IMG/VR virus record: IMGVR_UViG_3300029305_001557 | Coordinates: 1 to 64,000 of that record | Reading direction: 5' to 3' (one strand) | Length of the DNA: 64,000 nucleotides | Origin: a virus | Lineage: Duplodnaviria > Caudoviricetes | Part shown: positions 15,278 to 25,045 of the stretch, piece after piece | Position numbering within the stretch: the stretch's first letter is position 1 | How the letters are laid out: each line of letters begins with the position of its first letter | Translations under genes and position numbers: made by a program | Notes under the pieces: model-generated | Database searches by the model: none | What the model saw: only the letters and a program-made list of their open reading frames with translations | Told to the model about the DNA's origin: nothing

Positions 15278-15841
15278 TTATGCAAAACAAGTTTCACGAT
15301 AACTCTTAGACCTGACTTCTTCTTTAAGCTTTTCAAGTTCATCATAGGTTTTAGTCCTATTGAAAGGCAGGTCAATAAGCTCAGGCTTATTCTTATGCGT
15401 CCACACAGCACTAAGCATATTCCAAATGAACGCACGATTATGGGGTTCATCAGAGTCTCCTCTGAGACACTTCAGGTAATGTCTTACACCACTGTCAATA
15501 TAACAATGGAGATTTATACCTTTCTCCCAATTTCTCTCTTCATACTTCTTAGCACCGTCTTCATAATGCTTAGCTACTTCAAGAACAGCAGTACTTAAAT
15601 CCATATTAAACGCTTCACAGAAATACCTAACGGCTCTCAGCAAGTCTTGGGGATTTCCAAAGCGTACATACTCATTGATTGCTAACAGTACAGAGTCTCC
15701 TTCTATTGTAGCGTCCTCATTCAGCAGAATAGCAACTGCGTCAAGAGGGAGAAGGTCACAACGACCCTTTCCTTCTTGTATGTCTCTTACTGCTCCTGAC
15801 TCAAACTCTCTTCTTGCTCCACTGTCTTTTAACTCAGCCAT
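15278..15841 (-). CDS. dATP/dGTP diphosphohydrolase-domain protein (DUF5664-like)
   Basis: DSGARREFESGAVRD...GRCDLLP...GAKKY..RNWEKG...RHY...DEPH. Confidence 0.8.
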   Translation of the reverse strand: MAELKDSGARREFESGAVRDIQEGKGRCDLLPLDAVAILLNEDATIEGDSVLLAINEYVRFGNPQDLLRAVRYFCEAFNMDLSTAVLEVAKHYEDGAKKYEERNWEKGINLHCYIDSGVRHYLKCLRGDSDEPHNRAFIWNMLSAVWTHKNKPELIDLPFNRTKTYDELEKLKEEVRSKSYRETCFA

Positions 15842-16196
15842 TGCTATTTCCTCCTGCTTCTTCAAAGGGTATTCCACGACCACCCTCGTAATTTATGTGT
15901 TCAAGAATTTTCTCTTTTGTATATCGACCTTCAACAAGAAAATCAATAATCTTAAAGAGCTTATCAAAATCTCTGTCACAGCAGTCATTCCAAAGCATAT
16001 AAAGCTTTGCTCCGTAGATTTCAAGGGAGTCAAATACAAGAAGATACTTGACCACATCAATGTTCTTTTCAGCTTTCTTTAGAATACCACAAACACAGGT
16101 CATAGCACCGGGGTTGCCTTCACTAAGCTTGACAACAATGTCCTTGTTTGTATCTAAATGTGATAAACGATGAAAAGTAATTTTATAGTTATTCAT
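15834..16196 (-). CDS. Hypothetical protein (120 aa)
   Basis: Coupled ORF. Confidence 0.7.
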   Translation of the reverse strand: MNNYKITFHRLSHLDTNKDIVVKLSEGNPGAMTCVCGILKKAEKNIDVVKYLLVFDSLEIYGAKLYMLWNDCCDRDFDKLFKIIDFLVEGRYTKEKILEHINYEGGRGIPFEEAGGNSNG

Positions 16197-16750
16197 CAGC
16201 GTCCTCCTGTATTATATGCTCTTGACTCTTCGGCAAAATCACCTGTTCTTCGGGTCACTTCTCTACTGAGCATAAAGATAATGTCCTCGATATTAGCAAT
16301 GCTGATTTCAATAAGAGCGTACTTTTTCTTCATATCCACATACTCGTGGTAGTAGGGCTTAACCTGCTCATTAGCGTTGACAAGTCTATCCTTAGCTGTC
16401 TCACTCATTTTATCAAGAGAATATTTCCTATACACAGGGTCACTCACTTCAAAATAAGCTCGTCTTGCTTCCTCAACTAAAATGTCTGCTCTTCCTAACA
16501 AGGTTCTAAGATACACTTTCTGTTGTGTAAAGGCATTAAGGTACTCACCTAAATCCTTACTCGGCACATCAGTAATCTCGGCAGGAAGTGTTAAGAAGTC
16601 TTCCGCAATGTTTAATCTTCTCTCGTCAAAAAAGATTGCACCTTTCTTTTCTAAAGAAGCTTCCATTTTTTCAAGATAGGACTGTCTAATTGCTTTAGGG
16701 TCAATCTTTTCGCTTTTAGGTTCTACCTTAGTAGGCACATTAAATTTCAC
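16196..16750 (-). CDS. Hypothetical helical protein (184 aa)
   Basis: Coupled ORF with RBS. Confidence 0.75.
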   Translation of the reverse strand: MKFNVPTKVEPKSEKIDPKAIRQSYLEKMEASLEKKGAIFFDERRLNIAEDFLTLPAEITDVPSKDLGEYLNAFTQQKVYLRTLLGRADILVEEARRAYFEVSDPVYRKYSLDKMSETAKDRLVNANEQVKPYYHEYVDMKKKYALIEISIANIEDIIFMLSREVTRRTGDFAEESRAYNTGGR

Positions 16751-16768
16751 TTCAAATCGACCTCCTTC

Positions 16769-17674
16769 TTAGTTCCAACACTCGATAGCATAAGGACAGA
16801 AACGACATTCCATAGAAGACTTAGCTGTATAAGGTCGGGCAGGTACTTTTCCCTTCAGGACATACTCGTTAAGCTTTGCACAGTCCCCTAACACTTCGGT
16901 CATAACAGTCTGAGACTTTGCGTCCCGAGAGGAAACACAGTACTCTTTAAGCTCCTGATTGTCTTTATTCTCATAAAGGAAAATAACCTTAGTGATAGGA
17001 ACTTTTGTGTTCATCAAAATGGAGTCCATTTTATAGTGTAACTCACATTGAAACTGAATTTTCTCCTCACGAGTATGCTTACGACCACCTTTCAGGTGCT
17101 GATAGTGTTTTGCATACTCTTTCATAAGTTTAGCCTTATCTGCTTCAAAAGACTCAAAGTCAGGATAAAGCTCGTGCAACTCCTTGCGTCTCTCTTCGAC
17201 ACAATACACATAAGACAAACCTTGCTGTTTATGCTCTTCTTTTGCGTCTTTCAACTGAGAAAAACCGTTGGAGTTAATGGACTTAATTTCCAAAATAGCT
17301 TTCTCTACTTTAGAAATTGCAAGAAGACCGTCAGTATGACCTTGAATATTGTAATACTGATTAAGCACAGGAATTTCGTCCATAAGTAACATTCCCTGCT
17401 CAGCTAAATAAGCTTGCAGTCTTTCGTGAGTTTTTGTGCCGTTATCAAAAATACGGCGAGTACGAGCGTCAATAGCATTGCTATCTCTCTCAGCCTGTGT
17501 ACGAGCGTAAAAACGCTGTCTCAGGCATTTACCTATCTGTGAAGGGGCATTAACATCTATAGCTCTGTCATTGTCCTCTTCGTTAAGAGATAAAAGGTAT
17601 AAGTCAAGGTCTTTGATTATGTACCCTTCTCTCTTCATTGCATTAAATACACTTTTAAGTGCCACTTTGTTCAT
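16769..17674 (-). CDS. Cas4-like / PD-(D/E)xK exonuclease
   Basis: PSQIGKC, GTKTH, GHTDG, LEIKS and C-terminal CRFC-x5-C (4-Cys arrangement). Confidence 0.85.
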   Translation of the reverse strand: MNKVALKSVFNAMKREGYIIKDLDLYLLSLNEEDNDRAIDVNAPSQIGKCLRQRFYARTQAERDSNAIDARTRRIFDNGTKTHERLQAYLAEQGMLLMDEIPVLNQYYNIQGHTDGLLAISKVEKAILEIKSINSNGFSQLKDAKEEHKQQGLSYVYCVEERRKELHELYPDFESFEADKAKLMKEYAKHYQHLKGGRKHTREEKIQFQCELHYKMDSILMNTKVPITKVIFLYENKDNQELKEYCVSSRDAKSQTVMTEVLGDCAKLNEYVLKGKVPARPYTAKSSMECRFCPYAIECWN

Positions 17675-17897
17675 CTCCTTCTTTACAGCCTTTAATTACT
17701 ACAGGGATTGTAAACAGTATTTGTAAAACAAACATAACGATTACAACCCACTTAAACACACTCAGGGCTATTGCTTTGCTCCAAATGGAGACAAGTAAGT
17801 ATACGAGTCCTGCAAACAAAGCGTCACAAATTAAGAACACAAGTAACACCATAATTGTCGTGCAGGTAATTACAAAAAGCTTCTTTAAGCTCTTCAT
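17655..17897 (-). CDS. Small membrane protein (2 TM)
   Basis: Two hydrophobic helices; GGAGGAG RBS before MKSLKK. Confidence 0.7.
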   Translation of the reverse strand: MKSLKKLFVITCTTIMVLLVFLICDALFAGLVYLLVSIWSKAIALSVFKWVVIVMFVLQILFTIPVVIKGCKEGDEQSGT

Positions 17898-18385
17898 TGC
17901 TTCTCTCCTCCTTTCAGCATATATAAGAAATCGTCCCAATGAATGACAACAAAACAAGGTGTTTCACCTGACTTAGATTTATATGCAATCATTAAAACTC
18001 TTTCGGGACACTGAACCCTAAACGATTTTCTATCTGACCACACACAATCGGTATCAGCAGTACTGTCATAATACGACCTATAATGACGAAAATCTTTATC
18101 TTTGAACACTGCATATCTCTCTTGACCACCGTTCAGGTCAATACACATAACAGGAAGACGCAGACCGTCTCTGATAGCTTCTTTCTCTATCTTCTCCCAC
18201 ACTTGCATAGTCAAAGAATAAAAGCTCTTGTCAGTCGTTTTACACTCCACAAGAAGATTATCGTGACGAACATCACCTTTACTTCCCCACAAAGCTCCAC
18301 TTGCTACAACAGTTCGGGCATTAAGGTCTTTTGCAACGCTCTTCTCCTGTTTCTGAGATTTCTTCTTAACTTGCATTGTCATCAC
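17894..18385 (-). CDS. Second PD-(D/E)xK resolvase-like nuclease
   Basis: QEKSVAK...SGALW..KGDV...LVECKTT. Confidence 0.8.
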   Translation of the reverse strand: MMTMQVKKKSQKQEKSVAKDLNARTVVASGALWGSKGDVRHDNLLVECKTTDKSFYSLTMQVWEKIEKEAIRDGLRLPVMCIDLNGGQERYAVFKDKDFRHYRSYYDSTADTDCVWSDRKSFRVQCPERVLMIAYKSKSGETPCFVVIHWDDFLYMLKGGEKQ

Positions 18386-18732
18386 CTCTTCTTGAACAAT
18401 CCTTTAACAGACTTTGTGGGGCTGTTATTAGCTCTCTTAGCAAGCTCCCATTTTGTGCAGTAAATAGAAGTCTCTGTTACAACCATATCATACTTCAAGA
18501 CTTCGGGATTTTGACAAACTTCAGTTTTATCACCCACAGCTTGATAGTAATGCTCACAGTTAAAACAGGACATTGTGTATTTAGACCCTTTTTCTACACG
18601 CTGTCTCACTTCTCTGAACCCTCTGTTGAAGATAGGACTCTTCGGGGTAGGTTCAGGCTGAGAGGGTTTTTTCAGTTTTCCGTGAGACATTCTATTTACA
18701 ATATAGTCCTCATTGTCATCAAAATAGGACAT
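18382..18732 (-). CDS. Hypothetical protein with Cys motif (CxxC...C...C)
   Basis: Coupled ORF. Confidence 0.7.
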   Translation of the reverse strand: MSYFDDNEDYIVNRMSHGKLKKPSQPEPTPKSPIFNRGFREVRQRVEKGSKYTMSCFNCEHYYQAVGDKTEVCQNPEVLKYDMVVTETSIYCTKWELAKRANNSPTKSVKGLFKKR

Positions 18733-19844
18733 CAGTTATTCTTATGCACAATAAGCTTCAGAACTTCGCTCTTTAACTTCTGCACCATTTCAGGGTCAGA
18801 TTTAAGTGCATTTACAAGAGCAGTAAGACCTTGATACTTCTGACCAAAGCATACAAACCAAGAACCTGTACGCTCAATAATACCCCACTCGACACCACAC
18901 ATAACAATTTCTTTCTCATTGTCATTGTAGAACACAGGAACACCTGCATTGTTATCGGCAAAGTAAAAATCAAATTCGCCTGTCTGCATACGCTTAAAGG
19001 TCTTATTCTTCTCAATCTTGAATTTTACTACTTGTCCGACAATCTCTTTGTCGTTGCCAACACCTTCAGTAATCCAATCACCTCTACGAAGTCTGATGTC
19101 TACACTACAAGCAAAACCCTTAGCTCTCCCCCCGGGGGTGTATTCAGGGTCGCCATAAGCTCCAATCTTTTCTCTAAGCTGATTGATACCAATAAGGGTA
19201 AAAGGGGTCTTATTCTCTCGATTGAGACGGTTATTATTTGCCTGAAACTTACGGAAGAACTCTCCTAAAATCTGCTGAGGAATACCCATACGGATAGTGT
19301 CTTCCATAGCTGTCTCTTGCTCTTTATTTGGGGACATTGCCGCAATAGAGTCAAGGACGCACAGTTGTACTTCTCCACTCTTCTGCATATCGAGAATAAG
19401 CTGACACGCTTCTTCCATACCGTCAGGCTGAGAATAAAGCAAAGTGTTTACATCAACACCAAGAGCTTCAAGGAAAGCTTCATCGGTTGTTCCCTCAACA
19501 TCAACTAAAGCACAAATATATCCTTTCTTCTGAGCTTCACGAATGATATGCAAAGCCTGTGTAGTCTTTGTAGAAGAATAAGCTCCTGACAATTCAATAA
19601 AACGACCTTCAGGAATACCTCCACCGAGAGCAAGGTCAAGAGCAATACTACCTGTACTTAAACGCTCAATGGATTTGATGTTGCCCTCTTCATCTTTCGG
19701 AACACCAAGAGTGATACAATTTGCTCCGAACTTCTTATTGAGGTCGGACATAAGCTTTTCAAGCTCTGCTGACTTCCTTGTAGGCTTTGGTGCAGGTTCA
19801 GTCTCAACAGCTACACGCTTAACTTTGTTTTTCGCAACTGCCAT
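18732..19844 (-). CDS. recA: RecA/UvsX-like recombinase
   Basis: STGSIALDLALGGGIPEGR, GAYSSTKTT, VLDSIAAM, INQLREKIG, PGGRA. Confidence 0.95.
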   Translation of the reverse strand: MAVAKNKVKRVAVETEPAPKPTRKSAELEKLMSDLNKKFGANCITLGVPKDEEGNIKSIERLSTGSIALDLALGGGIPEGRFIELSGAYSSTKTTQALHIIREAQKKGYICALVDVEGTTDEAFLEALGVDVNTLLYSQPDGMEEACQLILDMQKSGEVQLCVLDSIAAMSPNKEQETAMEDTIRMGIPQQILGEFFRKFQANNNRLNRENKTPFTLIGINQLREKIGAYGDPEYTPGGRAKGFACSVDIRLRRGDWITEGVGNDKEIVGQVVKFKIEKNKTFKRMQTGEFDFYFADNNAGVPVFYNDNEKEIVMCGVEWGIIERTGSWFVCFGQKYQGLTALVNALKSDPEMVQKLKSEVLKLIVHKNN

Positions 19845-20016
19845 TTGTGTCTTCCTCCCATAAATCTCTGATTTCGTAATCTCCGTCATTCTCTAACTGA
19901 TTAAGAATGGCTCGATTGTAAAAGTCGGTTAAATTTTCACCTGACTTTTTTGTATGAGCTTGTACCCTCTCAGCTAATACATTGCTCATCATAATTGTGG
20001 TGCGTTCAAGTGCCAT
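19819..20016 (-). CDS. Small ribbon-helix-helix-like DNA-binding protein
   Basis: RTTIMM beta strand followed by two helices; first gene after its promoter. Confidence 0.5.
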   Translation of the reverse strand: MALERTTIMMSNVLAERVQAHTKKSGENLTDFYNRAILNQLENDGDYEIRDLWEEDTNGSCEKQS

Positions 20017-20050
20017 TTCATTACCTCCTATTCTTTTGCACTGTATGAAT

Positions 20051-20079
20051 ATCATACCACACTTTTATTTATTTGTCAA
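20051..20079 (-). promoter_or_regulatory. SigA-type promoter TTGACA-17-TATGAT
   Basis: Read directly. Confidence 0.75.
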
Positions 20080-20132
20080 GTATGAAATTCATACTTCTGA
20101 CAAGAATAGTATAACATAAAAAGACAGGGAAG

Positions 20133-20471
20133 TCAAATCCCTGTCTTGTCTACACAATATTTAATTATCCTTGCTGTCTCTAAAGGGTCAAGCTTCTTAT
20201 ACTCGTCCCACGGCTCAAAGAATTGGTGCTTATCAGTAATGTCGCCCGTAATGTCAAAAATGCGATTTCCAATCTTACAAGCAAAATGATTTCCAACTGC
20301 ATAGTACATAATCTGAGAGTCGGGGAAGCGAGTATGAAGAATAAAGGCAAACCAATAGCAGTAACCATTAGTAAAAGTTCGTGTTACTTCACCTGAGTCA
20401 AAACGCTTAAAATCTCGGATAAAACGCTGAACTCCTGCGTAGGTAGGTAATTGCTTTACTTTCATACTCAC
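20133..20471 (-). CDS. Conserved hypothetical phage protein (GYCYWFA...HF...DITG)
   Basis: ORF with RBS; Cys-His-Asp pattern suggests a papain-like mini-fold (inference). Confidence 0.7.
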   Translation of the reverse strand: MSMKVKQLPTYAGVQRFIRDFKRFDSGEVTRTFTNGYCYWFAFILHTRFPDSQIMYYAVGNHFACKIGNRIFDITGDITDKHQFFEPWDEYKKLDPLETARIIKYCVDKTGI

Positions 20472-20477
20472 ACCTCG

Positions 20478-22664
20478 TTACTTAGCGTCTTGGTAAGAGT
20501 CGCCAAAGTCTGCGTCTGCTCTGAGGGGCAGGTTAAGGGAAACATTGTCTCCAAAGGGGTGACTCATATAATGCTGTACTTTAGCAATACACTCTTCCAC
20601 AAGCTCTTCAGGACACTCAAATACAAGCTCATCGTGAACCTGCAACAGCATATATACACCGTTATCATAGAACCAAGGGTCGAAGCTTACTCTATTCTGA
20701 GCAGACATAGTTAAATCTGCGGCACTTCCTTGCACAGCACTATTAACAGAAAGACGCTCACAATATGCCTGAGCTTTGAAGTCACTGCTATTTATATCAG
20801 GCAGTCTCCTCTTTCGCTTCAGAACAGTGTACACATACCCATACTTATGAGCAAAACGCTTCTGATTACGAATGAACTTAGATACTCCTGAATATGTCTC
20901 AAAGTACTTATCAATATAAATCTGAGCTACATCAAGCCCACTTCTTACTTTATAAGCTTCAAGATACTCTTTGTCTCCTAAGTCTACAGGGTGTCCGTGG
21001 TCGCTCTTTAATTGCTCGTAGAGTCTTGACGCTCCACCACCATACATAAGCAGGAAGTTAAGAACTTTTGCCGCCTGTCGGAGATGAGGATATTTCTTCT
21101 TTACCTCTTCAGGAGTACAGTCAAGATTAAACATATTAACGGCAGTAGAACCGTGAGTATCAGAACCACTCTCAAACATTTCAAGCAAATTCTTATCTTC
21201 AGAGAAATGTGCCAACACACGCATTTCAAGGTTTGCAAAGTCAAGAGCTACAATTTTCTTACGCTTACCTGTGTTCTCATCTACACTACCGATAAACAAT
21301 GAGCGTATTTGATACTTGTCCTCTTCATCTGCTTTTGGTAACTGCTGTAAATTCGGGGACGAACAAGAAAGTCTACCTGAGTCAGTACCAATAATGTTAA
21401 ATGAGGGGTGGGCTTTACCGTCTTCATACAACTGCTCTCTGAGACCGTCAATAAAAGCACTACGGAGTTTTTCAAGCTTCTTATAGTCCAACATCAACTC
21501 ACACAGCTTAACACCTTCTTGCTTTCTCTTATCTTTGAAAGACATATTAGAAAGCTTCCAAAACACTTCAGCATTAGTCTGTGGAGCACCACTCGGGGTA
21601 GTAGTGATAACTCGGAAATTAAAAGACTTCTTACGGATTGCAGGATTGCCTGTCATCTTAAACAAAGCAGGTCTTCCATTGACATCATCAATATATAGAC
21701 CACGAGCGTTAAGGGACTCTTCGTCCCCTTCTTCAAACATTTTCTGAACTATCTTAGGCTCTTTCTCCAACTTAACTTCTTTCGGGGGAGCAGAATACCC
21801 AAAAAGCAATTCAGCTAACTGAGCATTACTTGAAAGACTGAACTCAACTCCGGCAAGCTCTGTAATCTGATACTGCAACTCTTCCATATCCTCGTTGATT
21901 TCTTCGCTCATCTCTTCAAGACGGTCAACATCAACGGTAACACCCTTATGCTCCATATCATAGATAGTACGGATAAAAGGCACATACACTTTGTTGTAAA
22001 TCTTATCCATTTTCTGTTCTTCAAGCTCATCGAGAAAGCCCTCATACAGCTTAAAAGTATAAAATGCGTCATCAAGAGCATAGGGAGCAGAGTCCTCAAT
22101 AAGAGTCATATCAAATGTAGCTTTACTGTTTGCTTTAAGCCCAAATCTCTTCTTGACTTCGGCAGGAACACTCTCAGTAACTTCCTTAAAGTGCGTTTGG
22201 TCAATACCAAGCTTTTCAGCAGAGTTCTCCTTCAAGCCGTTTGGGGTATTCTCATCACAAAGCCAAGAAGCTATCATTGTGTCAAACAAATCGGCAGTCT
22301 GAATATCAATACCCACTCGGGACATCGTGTGCATATCGAACTTTAGGTTATGCCCTATAATTCGTACATCAGTCCTCTCAAAAACAGGCTTCAGGTAATT
22401 GACCACTACATCAAGGTCAAGCTGTCTATCAAGGTCTTCATCACGAATGTGACCCACAGGTATGTAATAGTTATGGTATGCTCCCCACGAAATACTGATA
22501 CCTACAAGTCTAAAATCTTTATTATAGCCCAACACTCTTAAAGTATTGGTCTCAGTGTCAAATGCAAACTCCTCTAAGCGTTTCATTCGACTATACAATC
22601 TCTTCAGTTTTGGGAGAGAGTCAACAATCTCGCTCCTAATTCGTTTTGGTCGATAACTGAACAT
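20478..22664 (-). CDS. polA: Family A DNA polymerase with 3'-5' exonuclease
   Basis: FDTET, HNLKFD, YALDDA; TDSGRLSCSSPNLQQLP, DFANLEMR, RQAAKVLNF..MYG, QVHDE. Confidence 0.97.
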   Translation of the reverse strand: MFSYRPKRIRSEIVDSLPKLKRLYSRMKRLEEFAFDTETNTLRVLGYNKDFRLVGISISWGAYHNYYIPVGHIRDEDLDRQLDLDVVVNYLKPVFERTDVRIIGHNLKFDMHTMSRVGIDIQTADLFDTMIASWLCDENTPNGLKENSAEKLGIDQTHFKEVTESVPAEVKKRFGLKANSKATFDMTLIEDSAPYALDDAFYTFKLYEGFLDELEEQKMDKIYNKVYVPFIRTIYDMEHKGVTVDVDRLEEMSEEINEDMEELQYQITELAGVEFSLSSNAQLAELLFGYSAPPKEVKLEKEPKIVQKMFEEGDEESLNARGLYIDDVNGRPALFKMTGNPAIRKKSFNFRVITTTPSGAPQTNAEVFWKLSNMSFKDKRKQEGVKLCELMLDYKKLEKLRSAFIDGLREQLYEDGKAHPSFNIIGTDSGRLSCSSPNLQQLPKADEEDKYQIRSLFIGSVDENTGKRKKIVALDFANLEMRVLAHFSEDKNLLEMFESGSDTHGSTAVNMFNLDCTPEEVKKKYPHLRQAAKVLNFLLMYGGGASRLYEQLKSDHGHPVDLGDKEYLEAYKVRSGLDVAQIYIDKYFETYSGVSKFIRNQKRFAHKYGYVYTVLKRKRRLPDINSSDFKAQAYCERLSVNSAVQGSAADLTMSAQNRVSFDPWFYDNGVYMLLQVHDELVFECPEELVEECIAKVQHYMSHPFGDNVSLNLPLRADADFGDSYQDAK

Positions 22665-22695
22665 TATTTACCTCCTTAATTTCTGCAATATAACA

Positions 22696-22731
22696 GAAAG
22701 ACTGTACTACACTCTAAGTGTAGCACAGTCT
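22696..22731 (-). terminator. Hairpin terminator after the HU gene
   Basis: AGACTGT-(A)CTACACT / AGTGTAG-(C)ACAGTCT stem. Confidence 0.6.
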
Positions 22732-22754
22732 AATCTGTCGGTCAAATCCGTGAT

Positions 22755-23033
22755 TTAGGAGTTAAGCTTCTGCTTCAACAACTTGCCACACTTAATTCTA
22801 AGTCCTACACTTGCAGGAATAGTATGGTTCTCTTTTGTTGCAGGATTGCGACCAATACGCTCTTTTCTCTGCACAGTCTCAATAGTAAACTGACCGATAT
22901 ATGAAACACCGCCATTTTCGATAGCTTCTACAACAACACCTAAAGCGTTCTTCATAGTTGCTTCGGCTTCAGCAAGTGTTACACCGTGCTTCTGTGCATA
23001 GCTCTTTGCTAAGTCTTTAATACCTGAAATCAT
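22755..23033 (-). CDS. hup: HU-family DNA-binding protein
   Basis: GQFTI..RKERIGRNPAT.E...IPA. Confidence 0.92.
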   Translation of the reverse strand: MISGIKDLAKSYAQKHGVTLAEAEATMKNALGVVVEAIENGGVSYIGQFTIETVQRKERIGRNPATKENHTIPASVGLRIKCGKLLKQKLNS

Positions 23034-23057
23034 ACTTAACCTCCTTTCACAAATTGA

Positions 23058-23888
23058 TTAAAAGGGAATATCGTCCTGCTTCTTACGGAACATAGGCTTA
23101 ACGCTATTCTCCTTCGGCTTACTGCTCTTAAACATAGGAGCTTTCTTTTTAATGCCCGGAGTTGTAGCACGAGGAGCAGGAGCTTCTTCCTCTTCGTCAT
23201 CGTCATCGACTCCTACGAGGTTGCTTCTTTCTGCGTATTCTTCGTCATCGTCCTCGTCATTAGTACTACCACTGATAGAGTTAGAAAGACACTCTTCAAT
23301 GATAGAATACAGACTGTCAGCAGTACCGTTATAGAGTTCTCTCAACTTCTCAGGAAGCATATTCTTAATCTCTGCCTGAGTGAGCTTACCTTCTTCATCA
23401 CCCTTTTCGATAGTGTAAGTAGTACTTGTACCCTTACCTAAACGAACAATAGTAATGGTGCGGTTAGTAAGACCATACTTAGAAGAAATACGGTCAAGCT
23501 GAGAAAGCACTCTTGCACCCTGAACATAAAGTCTAAGCTGACCCTTACCTTTCTGCTTCTTACCGTCTTTATCTGTGTACTCATAAGGTCTCATATCCCA
23601 AATAAGGAAAGCACCCTTAAATGTAGGCTTGTCGCCACTTGCACACAGAGAGCAGTTGCTGTCTCCACTACATACGATTGTGTCATACACTTCTTTGCCG
23701 TTTCTCATACCCTTTACTGTATGCTCGTAAAAGGTTACAGGCTCTTCAGTAAGGAAGCGTACATCAGCTTCATCACCGTCATTTGACAAGAAAAATCTCC
23801 ACAGGTTCTTCCCCGCTTTTTCACGATTTTCGTCTTGTCTCTGCTTTTCTTCACGGACAGCAGTATATCCCTTTTTGAACATTCCCAT
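23058..23888 (-). CDS. Phage single-stranded DNA-binding protein (gp32-like)
   Basis: HTV...C...C..C motif, long acidic tract, C-terminal DDIPF. Confidence 0.75.
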   Translation of the reverse strand: MGMFKKGYTAVREEKQRQDENREKAGKNLWRFFLSNDGDEADVRFLTEEPVTFYEHTVKGMRNGKEVYDTIVCSGDSNCSLCASGDKPTFKGAFLIWDMRPYEYTDKDGKKQKGKGQLRLYVQGARVLSQLDRISSKYGLTNRTITIVRLGKGTSTTYTIEKGDEEGKLTQAEIKNMLPEKLRELYNGTADSLYSIIEECLSNSISGSTNDEDDDEEYAERSNLVGVDDDDEEEEAPAPRATTPGIKKKAPMFKSSKPKENSVKPMFRKKQDDIPF

Positions 23889-23980
23889 TCTAAAACCTCC
23901 TTAAATTATTTGATTTATTTTACCCTTCTATATAGTAGAAGAATGGGCGAATGTAAGTGTCCTCTGTTTAGGACAAGTAT

Positions 23981-24009
23981 ATTATAGCATAAGCTCTATG
24001 TATTGTCAA
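23981..24009 (-). promoter_or_regulatory. SigA-type promoter TTGACA-17-TATAAT
   Basis: Perfect consensus. Confidence 0.85.
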
Positions 24010-24019
24010 GTCCCTGAAA

Positions 24020-25045
24020 TCAGAGTCTCGGAAGCTTATGACTTGTAAGACCTGCTGACTCAATTACAGCATTAGTCTCCTCTTCTCCCCAATCTGAAGG
24101 GTCTTTACCAAAATCGGGATAATAATGAGGAACTAAATACATAACTCTATCACCAAGTCTCTTCTTAGCAATGTTACGAGCTATCTCTCCACCTTTATCG
24201 TGGTCAAAGAGGTCAATAAACTTACTGCACCTCTCTGCTATTTGGTCGGCTTGCTGTTTACTCATACCGTCTCCCATCATAGCTACAGTATTTTTATAGC
24301 CCCACTTTCGCAAAAGAATAGCGTCAAGCATTGACTCAACACCTATAATGGTATCGTCAGTAACTACAAGCTTGTCAAGAGGGTATATGAGACCCGCTTT
24401 CGGGAAGCCATAAATTCTAAAACGCATATTCTTAGGTCTACGAGGGTCAATGTAACGACCTATGATACCTGCAAGTGTTCCGTCTTCCCAAAAGGCAGGA
24501 ATAGTAACAGTCTCACTTTCAAGGTCTCGACCTATCATATACTCTTGCATATCTTTTTTAGTAAACCCTCTATCAAAGAAATACTTATAGGTTTCTTTTC
24601 CACTCTTAAACACTGCAAGCTTACTTCGGGGCATTTCATACCGCTTCTCAGCTTTCTCTTCAAGCTGTACAAAGTGTTCCTCGTATCTCTTTATATTCAG
24701 AAAGTCTACATCAAAGTCAAAACTAAACTCAATGTGATACCGTTCTTTTAAGAACTTCTCAGCTTCCTGAACATTCTTAAATCTATCAGGTAAGGACTTA
24801 TATACTAACCACGGAATAGACCCACTCGCTCCACAAGAAAAGCAATGAAACACTTGGTAATGAGAATTACTATCCTGTGGAACAAAGTCTATATCTATTC
24901 CGGCAGAGGGGTGAGACTCTCCGTGAACAGTACAACAGAACTGTATCTTAGTGTCTTTCCACGGCATTATCTTAGGAGAATGTAAGACATTTATTAAAAG
25001 GTCTTCCACTTGGTCTTTAGATAACCCTTTACTCAATCTCATCAA
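24020..25045 (-). CDS. DNA primase (Zn finger plus TOPRIM)
   Basis: CTVH.E.HPS...HCFSCG; VESMLDA; DHDKGG. Confidence 0.9.
   Translation of the reverse strand: MMRLSKGLSKDQVEDLLINVLHSPKIMPWKDTKIQFCCTVHGESHPSAGIDIDFVPQDSNSHYQVFHCFSCGASGSIPWLVYKSLPDRFKNVQEAEKFLKERYHIEFSFDFDVDFLNIKRYEEHFVQLEEKAEKRYEMPRSKLAVFKSGKETYKYFFDRGFTKKDMQEYMIGRDLESETVTIPAFWEDGTLAGIIGRYIDPRRPKNMRFRIYGFPKAGLIYPLDKLVVTDDTIIGVESMLDAILLRKWGYKNTVAMMGDGMSKQQADQIAERCSKFIDLFDHDKGGEIARNIAKKRLGDRVMYLVPHYYPDFGKDPSDWGEEETNAVIESAGLTSHKLPRL

Noticed and set aside
15278-15841. 2-aminoadenine (Z-genome) pathway
   Set aside because: No PurZ-like adenylosuccinate synthetase homolog is in the window.
16769-17674. CRISPR-Cas adaptation gene (cas4)
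   Set aside because: No cas1, cas2 or array is present. Stand-alone Cas4-like exonucleases are common in phage recombination modules.
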